Shown in pieces: positions 57,754 to 64,000 of a stretch of 64,000 nt of DNA (positions are counted from its first letter, which is position 1; each line of letters opens with the position of its first letter). Source of the DNA: Gemmatales bacterium (lineage in GTDB: Bacteria > Planctomycetota > Planctomycetia > Gemmatales > HRBIN36); the NCBI GenBank assembly GCA_041640595.1, contig JBEPZY010000002.1, forward strand, positions 210,984-274,983, given 5' to 3'. The translations under genes were made by a program, and so were the position numbers. The notes under the pieces are model-generated. The model did not search any database, had not been told where the DNA came from, and saw nothing but the letters and a program-made list of their open reading frames with translations.

Positions 57754-59253
57754 TCAACGGCGGGCAACAATTTGATAGCGGCGGAGTTTGTTGAAAAGCG
57801 TGCGCAGGGAAATGCCCAGTAGTGCGGCGGCACGTCGGCGATGACCACCGGTGCGGCGTAATGCCTCTAAAATGGCCCGGCGTTCGATTTCTTCCAGCCG
57901 CAAGGTCGTCCCTGGCTCGGGAGAAGGACGCTGGATCGCTTCGCGGTCGGGCTGAGGGCAAGCAGCATCGCACAGTTGCGGCTTTGCGGTGAGCGAGTCG
58001 GCGTCGGAGATACCGTCGTGCGGCAGGCCCGGAGGAGTGACCGGGTTCGGCGGGTGCGAATTTTCCGTCACCAAATCCGGTGGCACCTGACCAGCCAGCG
58101 TGGTGGCGGAGAAATGTTCCGGCAAGAGTAGCACACAGCCGCAACACTGTGCGTACAGGGCGGCCTGGAAGATGGCGTTGCGGAGCTGGCGAACGTTGCC
58201 GGGCCAGCTTTGTGCGGCCAGCCAGTTCAGCGTAGCCGCGGCAAAATGCAAAGACGGTTGCGAAAGCTCCTGCCGCGCCTGGGTCAGGAAAAACTCGGCC
58301 AGCAGCGGAATGTCCTCCCGTCGCTGTCGCAAAGCGGGCAATTGCAAACGCAGCACGCTCAGACGATGCAGCAAATCCGCACGAAACCGTCCCAGTCGCA
58401 CCAGCGCTTCCAGCGGCCGATTGCTCAAAGCCAGCACCCGCACGGATACCGTTTTGCTGCGGGCCGAGCCCAAACGTTGCACCTGCTGTTCTTCCAGGAC
58501 ACGCAGCAATTTCCCTTGCAGGGCCAGGGGCAATTCACTGATTTCATCCAGAAGCAAAGTTCCGCCGTCGGCACGTTCAAAATAGCCGGGTCGGCTGCAG
58601 GTCGCTCCTGTGTAGGAACCGCGTTCACAACCGAACAATTCGCTCTCGGCAAGCGATTCGGGCAGGGCAGCACAGTTGACGGCAAGGAACGGCCCAGCCT
58701 GGCGACGACTCCAGCGGTGAATCCACCGGGCGAGACATTCCTTGCCGGTACCGGTTTCGCCACAGATCAAAACAGGCCAGTCCGTTTGCGCCATTCGCCA
58801 CGCCAGCCGTAACACTTCCTGCATGACTGTGCTACCGGCGATGAAACCGGGCAACGGCATGGGTGAAGTACCAGTGTAGCCGTCTGTTTCGGAAAAAACT
58901 GTCCTGACAGACGGTGAAACTTGCGGCCGATCGCTTCCGCTTGCCGATAGATGCACATCACCCGCCGGGTTTCCTTCAGCAGCAAGCGTGGGAACGGACG
59001 GAGTGTTTGCACCGGGCGGAACGTCGGGCGAAGCAAGCGACGACGGCTTCGTGGCCGAGTCAGCGACGAACTGCGCTACTTCGTGAAGGTGCTGCCATAA
59101 CGGTGTCGCCGCAAGCTGCGGTGGACTCACCGCCGGTTCAGACGGAAGCGATGTAGCCGGGGTCGTTCTGGTTGTCGGCCTGGTGCTGTTCCGCGGAGGC
59201 ATACGGACCGATGGCCTGGGTGGCAGTGGGTGTCGGCTCAGTGGCCTGAGCAA
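57754..59253 (-). CDS. Sigma-54-dependent activator (AAA+ and Fis-type HTH), no recognisable sensor domain
   Basis: GETGTGKE, ESELFGCERGSYTGA, LLLDEI, WPGNVRQL, AAALLGISLRTLFNKL; true start uncertain and probably downstream of 59253. Confidence 0.88.
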   Translation of the reverse strand: MLRPLSRHPLPPRPSVRMPPRNSTRPTTRTTPATSLPSEPAVSPPQLAATPLWQHLHEVAQFVADSATKPSSLASPDVPPGANTPSVPTLAAEGNPAGDVHLSASGSDRPQVSPSVRTVFSETDGYTGTSPMPLPGFIAGSTVMQEVLRLAWRMAQTDWPVLICGETGTGKECLARWIHRWSRRQAGPFLAVNCAALPESLAESELFGCERGSYTGATCSRPGYFERADGGTLLLDEISELPLALQGKLLRVLEEQQVQRLGSARSKTVSVRVLALSNRPLEALVRLGRFRADLLHRLSVLRLQLPALRQRREDIPLLAEFFLTQARQELSQPSLHFAAATLNWLAAQSWPGNVRQLRNAIFQAALYAQCCGCVLLLPEHFSATTLAGQVPPDLVTENSHPPNPVTPPGLPHDGISDADSLTAKPQLCDAACPQPDREAIQRPSPEPGTTLRLEEIERRAILEALRRTGGHRRRAAALLGISLRTLFNKLRRYQIVARR

Positions 59254-59698
59254 GCGGAGCTGTATCGGAGTGATCGGCTGAAGTCAGCGTGGCCAGGGCT
59301 GTCGCATAGGCTCGATACAGATTCTCTGCCTGATGCAGGCCCGTCAGTTGCCGATTCAGCCCGCTGCAGTGCTGTTCGGTGAGTTGTTCCGCTTCGTTCA
59401 GGCTTTGCAAAACTCGGCTGAGCAGGTGCAGGACCTGTTGCTTTTTGTCGGCCAGAACGGTACTTCGCGTTGCGGGCATGTCGGTCGAGTCCGACAGTGC
59501 GGAAGAAAGCGCGGCCAGCAATTCTGCCGACCGCTCCACTTCTCGATACATTCGCTGCAATGCTTCCCCGCCGAACTGACCGCTGCCGAGAGCAGCGCGA
59601 TACTCGGAAAGGTGTTGCTCGACCCGTTGATAACTTTCCGCCAGGCGGTCGAGCAGAGATTCTGGCGAAGTGAGCAGAGATTCGGCAGGCATGACCAT
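59138..59698 (-). CDS. Hypothetical helical protein
   Basis: 186-aa coiled-coil-like ORF co-oriented between the TPR genes and the activator. Confidence 0.5.
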   Translation of the reverse strand: MVMPAESLLTSPESLLDRLAESYQRVEQHLSEYRAALGSGQFGGEALQRMYREVERSAELLAALSSALSDSTDMPATRSTVLADKKQQVLHLLSRVLQSLNEAEQLTEQHCSGLNRQLTGLHQAENLYRAYATALATLTSADHSDTAPLAQATEPTPTATQAIGPYASAEQHQADNQNDPGYIASV

Positions 59699-59880
59699 CT
59701 CCGACAGCGAGTAGCCAGGTCAGACGGTTTTGCTCAGGCGGCCGGGTGAGGTTTTCCCGGCCCATGTCCTCGTCGCAAGAAGCTGTGACTTGCGGCTTGC
59801 GGATCGCTTGGCGTTGCGGTAAGAACTCGGACGTGGCATTCCTGGTCATTGAGTCTCGTGGCTTGCGGATCGCGGATGGC

Positions 59881-60921
59881 TTAGCGTTGCTGATCGGAAT
59901 GCTCACGCCGCGAGCGAAGCTCCGTCAGTCGGCGTTGCGTTTCCTGTTGCCAGCGCAGGTGGGTCAATTGCCAGCGGGCACATTCCACCGCAAAAGCATC
60001 GGTGCGACTGTTGGCAATTTCTCGTAAAAGCTGCAGGGCTTCGTCGTGCCGGCCCAGTTTGCGTAAGCAAGATGCTTGCAGATATTGCACCAGCAGGCGG
60101 TCTTCCCGGGAAAGCGTGGTGGTATCGAGCAATCGGAAAGCAGCCAGGGCACCTTCGTAATTGCCGGCGCGGAAAAGCATCTGGGCCAGTTCCATTGGAG
60201 CAATCGGTTTCTCGCCGATGGCAGTGTCGGTGGAGTTGCTCCGCGGCCTGGGGGAAGCGGTATCGGAAGAGTGTTTCGCTGCTGGATCGGGTGTGTGCGT
60301 GCCGGCGGGCTTGCCGGGAGCCGCTGGTCGCGGTGGGACGGTATCCGCAGGCGTTGCCGTCGGGTCACTGCCCGTTGGGAAAGTGGTCTCCCTGGCCGGG
60401 CCGGTTCGGGAAGAGGCAGGCGCGGACGGAGCGCTTCTCGGCTCGGATGAGGTATGTGCGTTCGCAGGAGTGGCGCCATTCAGCACCCACTGCCAGAGCA
60501 ACCGCTGCACCTGAAGCGATACGGTATCGCCAGGAGCAGCCTCAGGGTCGGGCGGCGGTAAATGGGGTTGTTGACGCACCTGCCGCAACCTTTCCCGCTC
60601 CTGGCGTAACTGCTCCAGAGCTTCGCGGAGTTGCTGGCTTTGCGCGGTGTCGGAAGGAGCAGGTGGAACGGATCGCCGTTGGGCACCAGGCGGACAATTC
60701 GTGCCAGGCCGACAGCTGGTGCCCGGCGCGTGGGTCGGGGCAGGCGGTTGCAATTCCTGTGGCAGGGTGCGCGGCGGAGGTAACTCACGATCGCCTTCCA
60801 CCGGCGGAGCAGCCCATAGCATCGCGCCGAGCAGAATCATCACGCTGACCGTCGCCGCCCAGCACACCAGGAGCGAAGCTGCTCGGCCTATCAGACCAGG
60901 GCCATATCGCAAGCGACACAT
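59881..60921 (-). CDS. Exported Pro-rich protein with C-terminal TPR
   Basis: Hydrophobic N-terminus; LAQMLFRAGNYEGALAAF, YLQASCLRKLGRHDEALQLL. Confidence 0.7.
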   Translation of the reverse strand: MCRLRYGPGLIGRAASLLVCWAATVSVMILLGAMLWAAPPVEGDRELPPPRTLPQELQPPAPTHAPGTSCRPGTNCPPGAQRRSVPPAPSDTAQSQQLREALEQLRQERERLRQVRQQPHLPPPDPEAAPGDTVSLQVQRLLWQWVLNGATPANAHTSSEPRSAPSAPASSRTGPARETTFPTGSDPTATPADTVPPRPAAPGKPAGTHTPDPAAKHSSDTASPRPRSNSTDTAIGEKPIAPMELAQMLFRAGNYEGALAAFRLLDTTTLSREDRLLVQYLQASCLRKLGRHDEALQLLREIANSRTDAFAVECARWQLTHLRWQQETQRRLTELRSRREHSDQQR

Positions 60922-60944
60922 GGCGTTTCCTCTTCGCATGGGTT

Positions 60945-63128
60945 TCACGGTTCGGGGAGGCGTCCGGCAAAGCAATGGGCCGCACGGCGAGTATCACCGA
61001 GGACGGCATACGCTTCGCCCATCAGGCGTAACAAAGCTTGCATCGGCACCTTTTCCGGTCGCAAAAGTACCTGCCGGGCATGTTCCAGACATTGCTCCGG
61101 ATTGCCTTCCTCCAAAGCGCACCGGGCCAGCAACCAGTGAGCCCTGGCGACGTGGTCGGGATTGCCGGAACGGAGCGGTTCCTGGACAGCCTGACGGAGT
61201 TGGTCAAATTGCCGACAAAGCAACGCACTTTCCGCATAAGCCAGCAGCAATTCCAGCCGACAGACCGAACGGGAACGCGGCAGAACGGTTTGATACAGAC
61301 GGCAGGCCTGTTCCGGTAAGTGCAGGTGCATCCAGGCGCGACCGCCGAGCAATGGGCCGAGCGGTTCCAGCCATTGCCAGTCGTGCACGTGCAACAATGC
61401 TGCGAGCAGGTCCTCCGCGCGGCGCATTCGCTCAGCCGATCCGCTGGCCAGCTGGGCCCGTGCCAGGGCGTCCAGAAAAGCGGCACTGTAGCGATACGGT
61501 TCTTTTTGCAAAGCCTGGCGCTGGCGCACGAGCAAATCATGGGCTGCCGCAGCGTTGTCCAGATAAAGCCAGCAGCAGGCCAGCCACAACTGGGCGATAC
61601 ACCGAACCGGCGAATCCGCCGGAGCGTATGCCGCTCGCCGTAACGGAGCTATGGCTGATTCGACCTGCAATTGTTCCAGCTCCGCACGGGCTAAATACAA
61701 ATAAGCCAGGTTGGCCAGGGAGTGTCCCGGGTTCTGGTCGGCAGCTCGCAGCCAGAAGCGTTTGCCAAGCTCCAACTGGCCCTGACGCCAGTAAAGCACA
61801 CCGAGATTGAAGCTGGCGTAGAAGGCCTCGGGAGTTTGCGACCAGCGAGCAATCAGCCGTTCCCACCACAGTGCGGCTTCCGTGAGCTGACCCAGCTGGT
61901 AATGGCATAACCCCAGCCAGGCGATCAGGCGATGCACCTGCGGCAAGGGCGTGTTGCTGGTTTCCAAAAGCAACCGGTTCAACGTGGCCAGCACACCGCG
62001 GAACTTGGTTTCGGCCACACGCTGGCGCAGGGAAACTTGAGGGGGTTCGACGGTAGCCGTTGCCCCCACCGCAACCGGTTTCGCGTCGCGCGCATCGAGT
62101 GAATTGGCGATGGCCAGTTCCTGCTCGGTCAGGATAAAAAGCCGCCGGCCGACCTGGTACCACAGGCAACCTTCCGGTTCCAGCACAAGCGTCAGCACTT
62201 CTGCCAGCGGAAAATTCGCCAATCGCACCGATTCTAACGTGCGCGACTTGAGCGTGGCCGTGGCTTTTTCCGACACGCTCAACTCCAGGCCGGTCTCCTG
62301 AGCCAGCCGGTGTAACAACTCCAGGCACGACCCCTGTGGTAACTGCAAGGCGATCAGCGATTCCTGCGGCTGAGCGGCAGGCGTGATTTGCAGCGATTCA
62401 CGACCGATCGGCCAGGGACGCACCGCCGACTCCCGCAGTCCTCGCAACCAGAGCCAGGATTCCTCCGGTGGTTCGACAGGCCAGCTGGGCCAGGCCAAAG
62501 ATGGCTCCAGAGGCCCCGGCTGGGCTGTTGGCACTCGCCGTTGTAAGGACATGACGGCGAAGCTCAATCGTGCCTGAGCGATAGCGGCGGGAATCTGAGC
62601 AGTACCTTCGCTGGCACGCAAAATGGCCTGTCCCAGGTGTTGAATGGCCAGTTCCGTCTGACCGCGTCGAGTTGCCAGCCGGCTCAGAGACAACCGACAG
62701 GCGAACTCCAGGACCGTGTTCGGATGCTCATGGGCGAGATCGCTATAGAGCTGCTGGGCCTGGTCCCACTTGCCGAGACCTTCCAGGCACACCGCCACGC
62801 GATAGCTCAGCAAAGGCGGGGCATGCTCCGGTGGGGCAATGCGGCGATAACAAGCCAGAGCGGTCGCGTAATCCTGCTCCAGTAACTTCTCGTCTCCACG
62901 GGCCTCGTGGTTGCCGGGAGTGTCCCCAGCACCGGCATTTTCCCGCTCTGACGACCGGGCATGGTCGGCGTTTATTCCGGGCCAGATGAGAACAGCAATG
63001 GTACCCGCCAGGGTGCCGAAAGCCAGCCCGGCCGCGGCAACGATTGCGACTAATACCATCTTGAGCCCGCGGCGGGTAACGGCGGCGCTGACAGGCATCG
63101 GCTCCGCACTCGAATGGACCTCGGCCAT
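60945..63128 (-). CDS. Membrane-anchored multi-TPR protein
   Basis: N-terminal TM helix; several TPR motifs (LGLCHYQLGQLTEA, FNLGVLYWRQGQ); central STN-like segment. Confidence 0.78.
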   Translation of the reverse strand: MAEVHSSAEPMPVSAAVTRRGLKMVLVAIVAAAGLAFGTLAGTIAVLIWPGINADHARSSERENAGAGDTPGNHEARGDEKLLEQDYATALACYRRIAPPEHAPPLLSYRVAVCLEGLGKWDQAQQLYSDLAHEHPNTVLEFACRLSLSRLATRRGQTELAIQHLGQAILRASEGTAQIPAAIAQARLSFAVMSLQRRVPTAQPGPLEPSLAWPSWPVEPPEESWLWLRGLRESAVRPWPIGRESLQITPAAQPQESLIALQLPQGSCLELLHRLAQETGLELSVSEKATATLKSRTLESVRLANFPLAEVLTLVLEPEGCLWYQVGRRLFILTEQELAIANSLDARDAKPVAVGATATVEPPQVSLRQRVAETKFRGVLATLNRLLLETSNTPLPQVHRLIAWLGLCHYQLGQLTEAALWWERLIARWSQTPEAFYASFNLGVLYWRQGQLELGKRFWLRAADQNPGHSLANLAYLYLARAELEQLQVESAIAPLRRAAYAPADSPVRCIAQLWLACCWLYLDNAAAAHDLLVRQRQALQKEPYRYSAAFLDALARAQLASGSAERMRRAEDLLAALLHVHDWQWLEPLGPLLGGRAWMHLHLPEQACRLYQTVLPRSRSVCRLELLLAYAESALLCRQFDQLRQAVQEPLRSGNPDHVARAHWLLARCALEEGNPEQCLEHARQVLLRPEKVPMQALLRLMGEAYAVLGDTRRAAHCFAGRLPEP

Positions 63129-63830
63129 GCACTAACCCCGAGCCCCTCGCTCGGCCCCGTTTTCACCTCGCTCCCGTGTCAGGATGCTTACCGGGACCTG
63201 CGTGGTATCTCCATGTCGATCCCCGCAAATGTACTTTGCGGCGATACCTGGCGGCGCTGCTCACCGCGCAGCATTCCCGCCAGAGCGAGGATTCGCCCAT
63301 TCCGGCCAGGTACTACCGGCAATGCTGACAGCATCGTTCTTTTCGGCAAGATCGGTCAACTCGCTACAGTTTTTGAGGCAATCACCGTTACAAGCCTAGC
63401 ACACCAGTCGCAGCGAACGCAAACTCCCCACCCGGCAGCTACACAGTAAACCGGGAAGAGACGGAAATGGTGCCGCAGACAGGCAAACTCTGCATCCGTC
63501 GGCTGAGCCATAAACCGGCAGGGAAAGGGAATGTGCATCGTGCCCTGAACAAACAAGCTCTACACCCGCCGGCTGGTCAATAGATCCGGTCAGGCGAACC
63601 GCAATGCAAACGGTCAGCAGCACGCTCACGCATTTCCGCCGGCTAACGTTATGCCTGGAAGGGAATTAAACGGGGCGATTTGCTTGCCGATGCCCGCGAG
63701 TCGTTCCGGTAACCTTATGATCGGGGGCGAACTAAACGCCAGGCACAACCGGCATGGGGGCCGCTTGTTGTGCTGGCAAAAGAAATCCCTGCGGGGAAAC
63801 CGAGCAGTCGGCACGAGGCCAGCGGATGCG

Positions 63831-64000
63831 TTAGTGCACAGCGGCGACACATTCGCGCAGGTAGCGGATGCCGTGAGCAATATCGCGGAGGCGTTCGGCC
63901 TGCGTACCGACTTCGCGTTCGATCAGCAACGGCCCGCGATAGCCGACCTCGTATAAAGTTTGCACCCAGAGGCGAATGTTGACGGCACCCTGACCGAGCG
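63831..64000 (-). CDS. C-terminal fragment of a sugar-phosphate isomerase/epimerase (xylose isomerase-like TIM barrel); runs off the window
   Basis: Manual translation LGQGAVNIRLWVQTLYEVGYRGPLLIEREVGTQAERLRDIAHGIRYLRECVAAVH*. Confidence 0.7.
   Translation of the reverse strand, partial: LGQGAVNIRLWVQTLYEVGYRGPLLIEREVGTQAERLRDIAHGIRYLRECVAAVH

Overview
64-kb window from a GC-rich bacterium, almost certainly Planctomycetota (DUF1501, DUF1549/DUF1553 and planctomycete cytochrome c proteins, an ELWxxDGT protein with an LEDRTVPA leader, no rpmD; a Gemmatales-like placement is inference). In order it carries: a minus-strand operon of predicted exported proteins (three HtrA/S1C-PDZ paralogues, two apparently catalytically dead; an NPCBM protein; a helical protein; a Gly/Gln-repeat protein); a FadJ/FadB-type enzyme; an ELWxxDGT surface protein; the S10-spc ribosomal cluster from rpsJ to secY, which lacks rplC and has an initiator tRNA plus a terminator-like hairpin between rpsS and rplV; tilS; a Cys-rich secreted protein behind a T14 tract; DUF1501/PSD1 genes; pdhAB; two Hsp20 genes with a sigma-54 promoter; nnrE, rpmE, prfA, prmC, pyrG, DUF1844; a shattered Rhs toxin/immunity relic; Nudix, USP, a sigma-54 activator and TPR proteins. 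The non-coding DNA is the most unusual part. Four clusters hold about 35-40 REP/REPIN-like hairpins with compensatory stem changes and one shared polarity. About ten sequence-unrelated repeat-spacer-repeat duplications or arrays share a period of about 65-76 bp; several copy the 3' end of the neighbouring gene and one is inserted in frame in the Rhs core. No cas genes, RAYT or other transposase are visible. Coordinates were read by eye and may be off by a few bases.
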